Of a stretch of 64,000 bases of DNA, positions 38,979 through 51,280 are shown piece by piece (positions within the stretch are counted from its first letter, which is position 1; each line of letters opens with the position of its first letter). The translations under genes and the position numbers were made by a program. The stretch is from Takakia lepidozioides (lineage: Eukaryota; Plantae; Bryophyta): contig CM060734.1 of NCBI GenBank assembly GCA_030704615.1, positions 18,662,001-18,726,000 on the forward strand, read 5' to 3'. The notes beneath the pieces are model-generated. The model ran no database searches and was not told the DNA's origin. It worked only from the letters and a program-made list of their open reading frames with translations.

Positions 38979-40375
38979 TCTCTTTTGTTCTGCCCGCCCT
39001 GGACATATATGCTCGGCTTAGCGACAAGTGCTCCATACTCCGTTGGTATCACTGGCGCCGCCCGTGACTGCTTTTGCGTTTCAACATGCAAATCATGCTG
39101 CAATGGTTTGTCATGGATACCACTGTACCTCTTCAACTTATTGGCATTGACTCTTCCCAGCATCTCTTTGTTAATGGTTTGTAACATGGCGGTGTTGTTA
39201 TCATACATCTTCTGTATGACATAAGATCCTTTCCATGGTGATTTAAGCTTAGAAGCTTTAATCTTTCCCTTCTTCTGCAACCATAGAACCAAATCTCCCG
39301 TCTTAAAAGTCTTTATTTTGCCTTCATCAAACTGTTCCTTTATTTTCATCTGAATTCTGGTCATGTTATCAGCTGCATCAGCACGTACTTCTTCCACATG
39401 GTATAATTCATGTTTCCTGACCTTAATTGAATCTTGCAATTCCATTCTCTTTCCCCATTCCGTTCTCATGGTAGGTAACAGGAATTACACTGGAAGTAAA
39501 GCTTCCATACCATAAACTAATTGGAATGGTGTATACTTAGTGGTGACTTTATATGAAGTCCTGTATGACCACAAAGCTGTCAGCAGCTTTGTATCCCAAT
39601 CCGTTCTGTTTGCATTGACTATCTTGGCCAAGATAGTACATAGTATTTTGTTGGTAGCCTCTACCTGCCCATTACCCTGTGGGTAATATGTTGTACTTTT
39701 CCTATGCACAATCATGAACTCTTTAGTCAATAATTCAATGGTCTCTTTAATGAAGTGACTTCCCTGATCACTGATAAATTCCAAGGGACAGCCAAATCGT
39801 GTAAGTATGTTCTCATACAGGAACCTTGCTGTGGACTTGGCTGTGTTGTCCTCAAAGCTTTAGCTTCCACCCACTTCGTAGTATAATCAGTGGCTGTAAT
39901 TATGTACCTGTTCTGTGTATTCTTGACTGGTGGGTTAATTGGTCCAACAAAGTCTAGTCCCCATTTCTGAAATGGTTCCGTAGGCATTGTAGGATACAAA
40001 GCCATCTTCCCAGATCTCTGCAAAGGTCCTAGCCTCTAACATTCATCACAACTCTGACAATACTTGTGTACATCTTTGAACAAAGTAGGTCACCAGTAAC
40101 CTGCATGTAGTATCTTCCTGCTGGTAGTCTCTTCTCCAAAATGACCTCCTGCCACTCCTTTATGAACTTCCTCCAAAACTTTATTAACTTCATGGTGGTA
40201 TAAGCATCGCTTCAGTACTCCATCTGGTCCTAGCTTATACATTCTGCTCCCTACCATAGTGTAAGGTAGAGCCTTGATAGCAATTCTCTTTCTCTACTCC
40301 TTTCCATAACTTGGTGGGCACTGACCATGAGCAAGGTAGTATCTGATTGGCCACTGCCAATCTAACCAGTCATCT

Positions 40376-43300
40376 TGTCGCGGCCCTTTGCCTTGAGGGC
40401 AGGGGGTCGGGACACATGAGGGGCTGCCCCTGTGGTGGGGGCATCGGCAGCGATAGGTATGGGGGCTGAAGCACCCTTGAGTGCCCAAGGCACTGAAGGA
40501 GGCGGAGGCGCTCACTAGGTGGAGCCCCGCACACCGGGTTGCGGTGGGGGTGGCTCCACAAGGGGTGGTGGTAGCTTTAGCGGGACTTAGTGGGGGTGGC
40601 ATAGGACTCACCATGGGGGCGGAGACCTCGTGGTGGGAGTCGTGGGGAGTCTTGGGACTCAGCACGGTCCATAGGGGCCGTGGTGAGTGGGCCAAGACTC
40701 ACCGCGACTCATCACTGGGAGTCGAGGGTTTTCGTGGTGGTTCGCCATAAAATGGCATGGCTGGTTATGAAACCCCCGCGAGAGTAGTAACCCCGAGAAC
40801 AGTGCAAGCCCGTTGGTGACCAAAAACTAGTGAGTAAGCGAGCGAGCCGGAAAGCGACCAAAGAGTGGGGAGCTGTTCCGGACTTCCATCTACCAAAGGG
40901 AATTCCACTAGTCCCAAATAGGTGGAGGGTTTAGTGGGAAGCAAAGGGGGGACCGTTATGTCCCGGTGAGCAGCCGAAGCTCCAAGTTGGCCCGGCGGCC
41001 AGGTTGGGAGTCAGGCGCGCGCATCAAAGCGAGTAACTATGACGTGAAGGGGAGCTTACCGAAGGGAGGTGCGCGACACTTGGTATCAGAGCTTAGAGTT
41101 CAGTACGCGATCGTCCTTGGGATTGGCCTCATAATGGGGTCGGGCAAGCCGAAGCAAAAGCGGAACGGCCCAAAAGATGATGATCCTGGTGAGCCCGATG
41201 GGGGCGACGTGTCACCGAGGCGGCCGTTTGAGGAAGCGATCAATGTTTCCGAAAACGAGGCCGCTCAAAAGCGGGAGGAATCCGAGGAGTCGGAGCCCGA
41301 GGAATCCTTGAGAGCTCCGACAAACCAAGAGATGCCTCCCATGCCGGCAGCCTTTTGGGAAGGGTTGTTGGCGCAGTTTGGCGGGACGTTGAAAGACGTG
41401 TTGAAGGCGGCTAATGCCACTTCCACTAAGGCAAAGTTTAAGGTGAAGCCTAAGGAACCCGACACCTTCGAGGGCGTCCGAAATCGGAAGGCACTCAACA
41501 CCTGGCTCCTGGAGCTAGAGCAGTACTTCCGGGCGGCCAAGTTGAGTGACGAGGATCGGGTGGAAGTGGCTCCCACCTATTTGAGGGGCTATGCTCAACA
41601 ATGGTGGCAGAAACGCCTTCACGACCGAGGCCCAAGCCCGGAAACCTTGAACTGGAGTGGGTTCAAGGAATTGATGAAGAGACAGTTTGTGCCCCTCAAC
41701 GCGTCCTGGCTTGCCCAGGACAAGATGAGGAATTTGAAGCAAACAGATGACATTCGGGGGTATGTCCAGGCTTTCAATGTGCTGTTGCTCGAAGTCGCGG
41801 ACATGGCAGAACCAGAAATGGTCTTCAACTTTGTGGCGGGACTGGCCCCATGGGCCAGGCGGAAGTTGGAGGAGAAGCCACCCAAGACTTTGAACGAGGC
41901 AATTGAGAGGGCTGAATGTTTCTCGGATGTCCCTAGGGGTGAGAGACAAGGCCGTACGGAGCTGAACCACAAGAAGACCCGGCGGGAAGGTGACTCCTTC
42001 CGACCGGAAAAGAAGTGGGATAGGCCACGCGACGACAATGGCACGTGGAAATCGAAGGGAGGGCCTTCACACGTCAAGGCGGCACCCGGTGCTTCGAAAA
42101 GAAAAGCGGGTGGAGCGGCTTATGGCGGACAGAAGGCAACCTTTGATGGAGTGTGTTTCAATTGCGGGGAGCCCGGGCACATGGCCAAGAAGTGCACAAA
42201 ACCTCGTCAATTGAACATGACTCGGGCAACCACGGAGCTGTCGGAAGATACCATCAGTCGCTTGGTGGAAGCGGTGGTTGCCAGGACTTGCAAGGTAGGC
42301 AACTATTCTTGTGAGTTGTATCAAGAAACTGGCGCCTTGCGTAAAGGGAGTCAGTTATTGTTCGTGGATGGGATAATATCCGGAACTAACGTGTCGTTGT
42401 TGGTGGACACAGGAGCGTCGCACTCCTTCATGACGCCAGCGACGGCGCGAAAGTTGGGACTCTCGATAAGTGACGTGGGGGCCTCTATTGAGGTGCGTTC
42501 TGCCAAAGGAGAACCACAGTTGGCGACAAGGTTGGCGTTTGATGTTCCTCTTCAATTGGGGAGTTGGGAGGGACGTGAGAACTTCACCATCTGCGAGATC
42601 GATGGAGTGGATCTCATTTTGGGGATGACCTTTTTGAGCAAATCCGGAGCGGTCATAGATGGCCGCAAGAGAGTGGTCACGCTGCCATGTGGGAATGGTG
42701 GCGAGGTTTTACGAGTGTCGGAAACGCCCAAATCTGTGGGAGGGCGAATAAACCTTCTGTCAGCAAGGGAGTGGGCCGTGGAGGAGGCACACAAGCCCCA
42801 GTTTTTGCTTTACATTAGAGAAGTGAAAGGAGAAGGCGATGGGGAGCCAAGCCCAGATTGGATCAAGGGGATTTTGGAGAAATACCAGGATGTGATGCCG
42901 GAGGATTTACCAAGCGGCTTGCCACCGCGAAGAGGAGTTGACCACAAGATTGAGGAGATACCGGGATCGGAACCGCCTGCCAAGGCGCCCTACCGGTTGA
43001 GCCACAGAGAGTTGGTTGAGCTGAAGACTCAGCTCAAGGATCTAATGTCAAAGGGGTACATCCGGCCGAGTAAGTCACCTTATGGAGCCCCGGTGCTATT
43101 TGCAGACAAGAAGGATGGGACGCTGCGGATGTGTGTCGATTACAGGGCTCTGAATAAGGTGACTATCAAAAACCGGTACCCTTTGCCAAGGATCAACGAC
43201 CTCTTCGATCGGTTGGCAGGAGCGAAGTATTTCAGCCGGATCGACTTGCGCTCCGGCTATCACCAAATTCGGGTGCCGGAAGGAGATGAGGAGAAGACCG

Positions 43301-45731
43301 CGTGCAGGACAAGGTATGGTTCATATGAGTTCTTAGTGATGCCTTTTGGGCTCACCAATGCACCTGCGATCTTTAGCACGCTGATGAACAGCCTTTTCCA
43401 GGAGTGGTTGGATGACTTTGTGATCGTGTACATCGACGACATCTTGGTGTACTCGAAAACAAAGGAGGAGCACCTGGAGCACCTCAAAAGGGTGTTCCAA
43501 AAGTTGCGGGAAGGGAAGCTGTATGCCAAAGCTTCAAAGTGCAAATTCGGGGTCACGAAAGTGGAGTTCTTGGGGCATGTGATTACACAGGATGGGATCA
43601 AAATGGATGACAGAAAGGTGAGGGCGATCTTGGACTGGGAGCCTCCGACTTCGGTCTCGGGAGTGCGATCCTTCCTAGGACTCGCCTCTTATTACCGGAA
43701 GTATGTGAGAAATTTCGCCAAGATTGTGGGGCCGCTGTCAGACCTTCTGTGTAAATCTAAAGTCTGGCATGGAACACCTTTTGTGGCCAAGCTTTTGCTG
43801 AATTGAAGCAGCGGATGGTGGAAGCTCCAGTCTTGAAAATCCCGGAGTTCGATCGTCCGTTCGAGATACATACAGATGCGTCGGACTTCGCGATTGGTGG
43901 TGTGCTGATGCAAGATGGACGTCCAGTGGCTTACGAAAGTAAGAAACTGAATGAAGTGGAGCGACGGTGGCCGACGCACGAGAAAGAGATGAAGGCGGTG
44001 GTGCACTGTCTTGAGCTCTGGCGCCACTATGTTGGTTCCAACCCAGTGAAGGTGTTCACGGACAATGTCACGGTGAAGTATTTTGTCACGCAGCCCAAGT
44101 TGTCCCCAAAACAACTTAGGTGGCAAGATATTTTGGCGGTGTTCGACGTGGATATCCAGTACAAACCGGGACGAGACAACGTGGTGGCCGATGCTTTAAG
44201 TAGAAAGCAGCAGCTCTTGTTGGTGTACAAGGGCGAGACGACGCTCCAAAGGAAGATCCGGAAGGCTTGCCGGAAGGATGAGCTGGCGAAGTCCGTGATG
44301 CAGGACTTGAGGATGGGGGTTAAATCGCAGTTCCACTTGCAAAATGGACTGCTCCGGTATAAGCAAAAACGTCTCTACGTGCCGAAGGGAGGGATCAGAG
44401 ATAGCCTCTTGAGAGAATGCCATGATAGCCCGCTTGCGGGCCACGGCGGAGCCAAGCGCACTGCGGCACTCTTGAAGAAAGAGTAATTCTGGCCCAAACT
44501 GAGGGAGGAGGCAGAGGAGTATGTCAGGACATGCACCACATGCCAACAAAACCGGAGCGAGTACAAAAAGCAAGCGGGGCTGTTACAACCCTTGCCGATT
44601 CCAGAGGGGACTTGGGAAAGCGTCTCGATGGATTTCATGACTGCTATGCCGCTGTCAAAAGGATTCAATGCAATCATGGTGGTGGTAGATAGGTTCAGTA
44701 AAATGGGCCATTTCATCCCCACCAAGGAGACGGCAACGGCGCAGGAGACAGGGCAACTTTACTTCGCCCACGTCTTAAAGCATCATGGAGTCCCGAAGGA
44801 TATTGTCTCGGACCGCGATCCAAAGTTTACGAGTAAATTCTGGAGAGCACTTTGGAAGAAGATGGGGACGAGGCTGAAGATGAGCACCGCCTTCCAACCT
44901 ACGACCGACGGCCAAACAGAAAGGGTGAATTCCGTAGTGAAGCAGATCTTGTGGAATTACGTGTCGGCAGACCAAACAGACTGGGTGGAACACTTAGACG
45001 CGGCAGAGTTCTGTTATAATAACACAGAACACTCCGCAACGGGAGTTTCCCCTTTCGTATTGGTCTATGGAAAAGCACCTCTGGTGCCGACAAGTTGGGC
45101 CACCCAGGACGTTGAGGAACCGGCAGTAGCGGCAGTACTGGAAGAACGCGAGCGTTTGTTGAAGCTCGCAAAGTACAACATTGCCAAAGTTAGGAAACGG
45201 TATGAAAGGCAGGTGAATCGGAAGCGGAGGGAAGTGAAGTTTGAGGCAGGCACGGAGGTCTGGTTGAACATCAAGAATTTCCGACTACCTCCGGAAGTGA
45301 GTCCGAAGTTCGTACCTCCGTATGCGGGGCCCTTTCGCATTCGGAAGGTTATGAATGAGGATGAGTATGAATTGGAGCTGCCGGCAAACAGCAAGGTGCA
45401 CCCAGTATTCCATGTCTCCTTTTTGAAGCCTTACTTCAAATATGAAGCGCGTCCGAATCGGCATCAAGTGTTGCGCCCGCCACCTATGTTGTTGGATCAT
45501 GAAAATGAACCCGAGTACGAGGTGGAGGCAATACTTAAGTCAAGGAGGTTCAAGAACCGAGAAACAGAGTATCTCGTCAAATGGAAGGGGTATCATCATG
45601 TGGAGGCATCTTGGGTGCGTGCCTCAGAAATGGGAAACGCATCCGAGGCAGTCGCAGCTTTCGAAGGGCGACCTCAAAAGCGGAAGAAGCGTTGATGGGG
45701 ACATCAACCTTGGAGCGTGGGGGAGGAAATG
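40376..45731 (+). mobile_element. Chromodomain Gypsy (chromovirus, Galadriel/Tcn1-like): 5' LTR 40376-41078, tRNA-Met PBS 41081-41092, PPT ~45712-45729, 3' LTR missing
   Basis: The LTR has TG..CA ends and is followed by TGGTATCAGAGC. The element is inserted in the integrase region of the host Gypsy, in the opposite orientation. Confidence 0.93.
41134..45695 (+). pseudogene. Chromovirus gag-pol polyprotein (gag, CCHC, protease, RT, RNase H, integrase, chromodomain); one frameshift near 43760, one stop at 44484
   Basis: Motifs present: [83 protein letters not shown]. Confidence 0.95.
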
Positions 45732-48700
45732 CATGCTTAGCCCGGCTTAGCTAGCTTAGGAATCCGATTGTCCAACCAGTCACCACTTCATCCTGTAAAC
45801 TCACAGTGGCTGGTTCCTTTAGGATTTCCATTTCTCCTTCTTTTTCTTCATAGAAATGTGATGGGTAACTGCTGGTTTCCTCTTCTATTGGTGTTGCTGA
45901 CACTACACCACAGCAGATACCTCTTAAACAACTTAGGCTTTCCAGCCGCATCTCTGCAACCTGCTCCCACTCTGGGTGTGCAGCAAATAGGGTAGCTTCC
46001 TGCTCCTCATCCAGTCCTCATCTCCAGTCATACTCTCTGATCCCTCGAGGTCTTCTCGTAGCAGGTAATCTACTAGATTTCTTTGTGGTAATTTGTATCT
46101 CGTGCATCCCATTATGCACGGTTAGTAACTGAGAATTCCAGTCATGGAATACCCTGGCCTGTTTCAGCCACAGACGTCCCAATAATAAGGAGTAAGCCTC
46201 CATGACTTCATCCATCTTCAACACAGTTACTGTGATCATAAATATCATCTTCTGTATCTGTATCTTAACTCCTATTATTAATCCCAATGGCTGTACACTT
46301 CTTTGATCTGCCATTGTTACTGTAAATGGGGCTGGTTTCATGTTACTTAGACCAAGCTTCTTCCTTAATTGGTCTGTCATGATATTTACTCCAGAGCCTC
46401 CATCTATCAGCTCATCAGTTAATTCTGTGCTTCCAATTCTCAATTGGATTACTGGCATAGAATCATCAAAGTCCATGACTGTTTCACGCCCTTCCGGCTT
46501 CACATTATAACTGGTCACCTTGCTGTTTAGGTCTGTGTTTCCTGTCTCCTAGGCAATTCGATTGATTGCTTGATACAGCCTGTGTCTACAATAAGGTGTC
46601 ACAGCCAATAGCTGTCCAATGGTAATCTCTGCTTTGGTCTGGCATATTACTTCAGCCAAAGTCCCTTCATTACTTTGCATGTCCGCATCTTCTTTCTTCC
46701 TTTCATCCTCACTCACTTCTTCTTCTCCATCAGAATCAGAGGAATCTGCCACAGGAATATCAGTACTCTTCTGCATTTCCCTTATGGTATCTGCCACTTC
46801 CTTGTGCAGTTCCTTCTCATCTCTCCAAGCCTCATCATCTTCAGGCATATCACTGTCACCTTCATTATCATCATCTTCCTCAACTACTGGAGGTATTAGT
46901 TTGGCTTTGCTTCTTGTTACTATCATTGTACTTACTTCTGGTACAACACATGGCCTAACCATGTGAGCTGCCACCACTGGGCCCTCATTCACAGGAGCTC
47001 TCATCTCATTCTGGTGTCTAATCCAGAATGAACAGGCTGCCTTGCGATGTCCTGGCTGATTACAATATTAACACAGTTCTTCACCATTGGGTCCTCGCCC
47101 TTGGTCTGCTCTTGGATTATTTCTGTAATCCTGATTCCCGGGCTGGTAATTCCCCCTTGGATTCCCTGATAGTTGCCTCTGGAATTTCCTTGGTAATTCC
47201 CTCTTGAATTACCTCTCCCTTCCATGCCATTGTTATAACCACCAGGCCTACCATAGTGGTCCTGATCACTGTTTCTTCTTGGCTGGGGCGGCACTTGATG
47301 CACCCTTACTTGCCTAGGTTCTCTTGCAGCTGTCCTTCTGTTGTAGTAACAATTCTCAGTAGAATGGTTATCCATTTTACAGATAGTACAGTGTTTCTCC
47401 TTCATGTGGCATTCAGTGGTGGTATGGCCTTCATTCTGGCACTTTGCACACCATACACCATTCCTCCAATGTGTTGCAGCCTCTGTGGCATACTTCTTCA
47501 AGATTTCTTCTAATCTTTTCTCATAGTTATCCCTCTTCAACTTCTCCTTTCTCTTACTCTTCCTTTTTAGTTCTTGCTCTTCTTCTTCATCTGACTCATC
47601 CTCAGAGTCCTCATCATCCCTTTTCTCTCTCCTGAGCATTCCCAATTGCTCAATTCTGTTTGCAGTTTCAAATGCCTCCTCCACTGTATTATGGGGTAAC
47701 ATATCCACTTTCTTTTGCAACTCTGGTCTTAGTCCACTCACAAACCAAGTCTTCTGTAAACCTGGTGCTGGTACAGCAGCCAGCTTTTTCATCATCAATT
47801 CCATCTTTTTCCCATATACTCCTCAACAGTTCATGCTTCTTTTGCTTTAACTGTTGTAAACTTCCATACACTTCATCCTCAGTTTTACTTGTCCTGAACC
47901 TATTCGGAATGTTGTATTCAAGCCATTCCAGGTTAGGAAATGATTATCAGGGAATCTTGCATACCATTCACTTGCTTTCTTGATAAGTGAACAAGGAAAC
48001 AATCTCATCTTGGCATCATCGCCATTCTCATTGTTCACTATACACATGTGCTCAAATTGGCTAATGTGTACATCGGGATCCCCTTTTCCTGAATATATTG
48101 GAAAAGGTGGTTTTGCCCGTGTTGGTTGTAACGCCATCTGTGGCCCTACCTTTTGCCTACTGACAGGTGCTTGCACCCTTGCTGGTGTTGGTCCTTCATG
48201 ACCTGTTGTTGTTGTGGTGGATCTTCCACCAAGTGATGGCCCTTGAGCACTCCCTGCTACTGGCCCCACGATATTCACAGTATTCCCAGCTCTAGTTGCA
48301 CTACTTCCCACACTCCCTGTCCCCCCAGAGTCAGATCCAGGCAGCCCGCCTGATCCCCCTGAGCCGACACCTTCGTTGGCCTGTGATCCAAGTGCTCCAC
48401 TTGATCCAGGTCCAACGGGTTGGGATGTCCTGGTTGTAGTCTCAACCTCAGCTGTTGGGTCTACTTCTTCATACTCTTCCTCTTCCAATTTCTTCTCTCT
48501 ATTTTCATCCTCCAAATTCTACCCTTGGGTTTCTTCTTCACTCATGTAACTCAACTGCAATGGTGTTGGAGAGTCTGAACTCTCCGTTGGCTCTGCCACA
48601 TCCTCTCCTCCTTCTTCACCTTCCGCTTCAGAAACTGGAGTTCCTGCTTTTGGTGTTCCATGCCAACTCTTATCAAAGATTTCTGTCAAATATTTTATCC

Positions 48701-48989
48701 AGGGATGTACCTCAGATCTTTCACCTCGTGATTGATCTTCTTCCCGTACCAATTCCCTTAATCTTTCTTGCAAAGAAAAAGAAGGAGTGGCATCCAACTC
48801 TAGTTCTTCCGGTATGGGTGATGTACTCTCTGATCTTAATGGTGTGAGAGGTCCAGATGATTCCCCTATGTCTATTCCTCTCTCCCAAAGATATGGATAA
48901 TTGGCTTTCAAATAGCTTTATCTTTTTGTTGAATATCTCTGGCGTCTAGCTTCTCTTTCATCACTCATGTCCCATGTCTTTCATTTCTT

Positions 48990-49655
48990 TTAATGTGGCA
49001 ATAACCAAAACTCTCTTCTGTAATATCTCTCGTATATGCCTGGGTTTCTTTCAAGCTTCAATGCACCATTGGCTATACTAGAAGTCTCCGTTACCATATA
49101 ACCATATGGCAAACAAGTCTGGAAAGTTGTTCTTGGTGTGAGTGTGATCCACAAAATATCCTTTGGAATCCAATTCTTTACCAGTACAAGCTCTTCATGC
49201 ATATGAGTATAAACATTCACCTTTCTTTCCTCCCAGCCTTCAAACTCTACTCGCTTAATGGATAGCAATGCTATCACATAAACCAGTGTTGGTAACCAAT
49301 GTGCTCTTCCTCTACAGGCCACCTGATAAATCTTTATCACTCCTTTCTCCAGACCCCACTCAGGATCAGCATCATGCACTCTCTTAAGAATGTTTTCTTT
49401 ACAACCGTCTGGCAATTCCAAGAACCTCTTAAAGAATCGTTTGGACAATCTTTCCTTCTCAGTTTCACAAGGAATTTGATTCACATCAAATTCTTTAATT
49501 CTCCAACCACCATGATCCCACCAGATGCCTGTCACATCTGGTTGTTCATGACCCAGTTCCCCAGTATGGTCGCCAAATGTCGCGCGGCTTTTACTCACCC
49601 ATCCCTTCGCTATCCGAGGCGGAAACTCCAAGAAGAGTTGGAAATCTCTAAGCAC
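48990..49655 (-). CDS. Intact ORF of unknown function between LTR and gag (5' extra ORF)
   Basis: It is a 221-codon open frame of normal complexity, directly upstream of gag on the same strand. No recognisable domain. Confidence 0.55.
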   Translation of the reverse strand: MLRDFQLFLEFPPRIAKGWVSKSRATFGDHTGELGHEQPDVTGIWWDHGGWRIKEFDVNQIPCETEKERLSKRFFKRFLELPDGCKENILKRVHDADPEWGLEKGVIKIYQVACRGRAHWLPTLVYVIALLSIKRVEFEGWEERKVNVYTHMHEELVLVKNWIPKDILWITLTPRTTFQTCLPYGYMVTETSSIANGALKLERNPGIYERYYRREFWLLPH

Positions 49656-49738
49656 TCAGCCCGCTCAGAACAATCAGTCATGACCTACAACTAGTGTATC
49701 ATGGGGGTGTTTCCTATTTGTTTTCCTTCCCGCATTCA

Positions 49739-50573
49739 TGTTAGCTAGTTACTTTACTGTTGGTAATTAAGTATCAGTTTGCTTCAGCAATCTATCGGAT
49801 TCCCTCAACTCATCCATTCATTCCACAGCTTCACTCAGATCTCTCTACACAGTGTGAGTATGAAGTATGTATCAGATTAATATCTATCAAGTATCAGGCT
49901 GAAGCCATGGAGTCTCTAATCTGCTCTACATTACAACTCTACTACTTGCATTTATCAAGCATCAATAGATCATCCTCCTCCTACTCCGTGCTCTCCCTCT
50001 TTCTGCTCAGAGATGCGCTCTCTGCCTCATTTCCCCCAGTGATGTCCGAAGTCCCCCCAAGAAGTGCCCCCGAACTCCTTCCAGCAGTGATTCCTCAAGA
50101 AGTGATCCTCTTCCAGTCCTCGCTCCTGGCTTTATCTTCCTACCCGTTGTTCTAACCGTTTCCCTCACTAACCATCATCCGTGAACTAACATGTTCCATT
50201 CGCAGATGTTGTTCCCCACAGTCGTTCCCTGTCCTGCTATCCGTTCCCTATGGTCGTGACAGTTGTGTCAAGCTGTGACTGGCTGTGTGAAACTGTGACG
50301 GGCTGTGACTGGTTGTGCAACTGTGTTGGGCTGTGTCGGGCTGTGATTGGCTGTGCGACTGTGTCGGGCTGTGACGGGCTGTGTTTGGCTGTGATTGGCT
50401 GTGACGATTGTGTCTGGCTGTGGCGGCTGTGACGGGCTGTGACGGGCTGTGTAACCCCCCCTAAGGTGCGCTGTTGTTACCCCTAAGGCTCCTGTTGGTC
50501 TCAGTCTGTGCAAAAATTAAGGGTACCCCACAGATCCTGTAAAAGTGTCTAAGTCCCAGACAGTCCTCTAACA
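49739..50573 (-). repeat. LTR of the extra-ORF Gypsy (downstream boundary uncertain: 49739 or 49758), containing a GGCTGTGAC minisatellite at ~50258-50452
   Basis: The minus-strand PPT GAGAGGGGGAGGGGTAA is followed by TGTTAG at 50573, with a matching inverted end at 49739. No tRNA PBS is seen. Confidence 0.65.
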
Positions 50574-50611
50574 TTACCCCTCCCCCTCTCAAAAAGCCGT
50601 GTCCTCACGGT

Positions 50612-51280
50612 TTATTGTTTGGGATTAGCAAACCTTTGTGAGCGAGCACCCTTCTGACGTTGAGAGTCTTGTGAAGGACTCTGTGTGCGAGCCCGAGGTC
50701 TGTCACTGGTTGACGGAGATGATTGAACACTACCTGGATATGTGAGGCCCTCTGGAGGCTGATATCGAGGTAATCTTTCAGGCATAGGAGACCCCCGTCG
50801 CTTCTTCTCTGCCATCTGAATTGCATAGTCTTCTCCCATGTCAAAAGAGTCCGCTGAAGAAACAGTTGTATCAGAATCCTCATCGCCTCTCAGGTGTTTT
50901 AACTGCCGAACTTTTTGTGGAATCCTCTGGGGCATACAATGTTGTCCTACCATGTCTGGAAGTTTAAACTGCAAAACTTGCTGTAAGCGTTGAATTGCAA
51001 AATTGGTGAAGACCCTGAGCTCCTTGTCTGTCCAGGTGAGTGGTGTACCAATGACTTGTGAATTGTGCAAATATTTCCATGATTCATGTCCCTTAAAGAA
51101 AATATCGTCAGGCCCGAATTTCTGTGTTGACAAATTGTTCCAGGCCGCATGAAACCATGAACGAATCTGAGAATCCTTTTGCATCATAACTTTTGCCTCA
51201 TATAGGTACATATGAGGTGGCACTGAAGGTAAGACCCAATGATCCCCAGTGGAATAACTCATAAAGCGCGTTTGCATCTT
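50612..51280 (-). CDS. C-terminal part of a retrotransposon 3' extra ORF ending just before the PPT
   Basis: The open frame KMQTRFMSYSTGDHWVLP...RFANPKQ* stops ~20 bp upstream of the PPT. Confidence 0.5.
   Translation of the reverse strand, partial: KMQTRFMSYSTGDHWVLPSVPPHMYLYEAKVMMQKDSQIRSWFHAAWNNLSTQKFGPDDIFFKGHESWKYLHNSQVIGTPLTWTDKELRVFTNFAIQRLQQVLQFKLPDMVGQHCMPQRIPQKVRQLKHLRGDEDSDTTVSSADSFDMGEDYAIQMAEKKRRGSPMPERLPRYQPPEGLTYPGSVQSSPSTSDRPRARTQSPSQDSQRQKGARSQRFANPKQ

Larger units (their letters stand above)
36446..51280 (-). mobile_element. Large non-chromovirus Gypsy (Phygy/Tat-like) complex with 5' and 3' extra ORFs, RT/RH deleted, interrupted by a nested chromovirus
   Basis: Gag lies at ~48969-47001 (YSGKGDPDVHISQFE; two CCHC knuckles) and the protease at 46518-46018 (LIDGGSGVNIM). 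The integrase is at ~40375-38744 ([45 protein letters not shown]). The PPT and LTR start at 50573. Confidence 0.85.

Noticed and set aside
40966-41133. N-terminal extension of the 946-aa gag-pol ORF
   Set aside because: It overlaps the LTR and PBS; the plausible start is ATG 41134.
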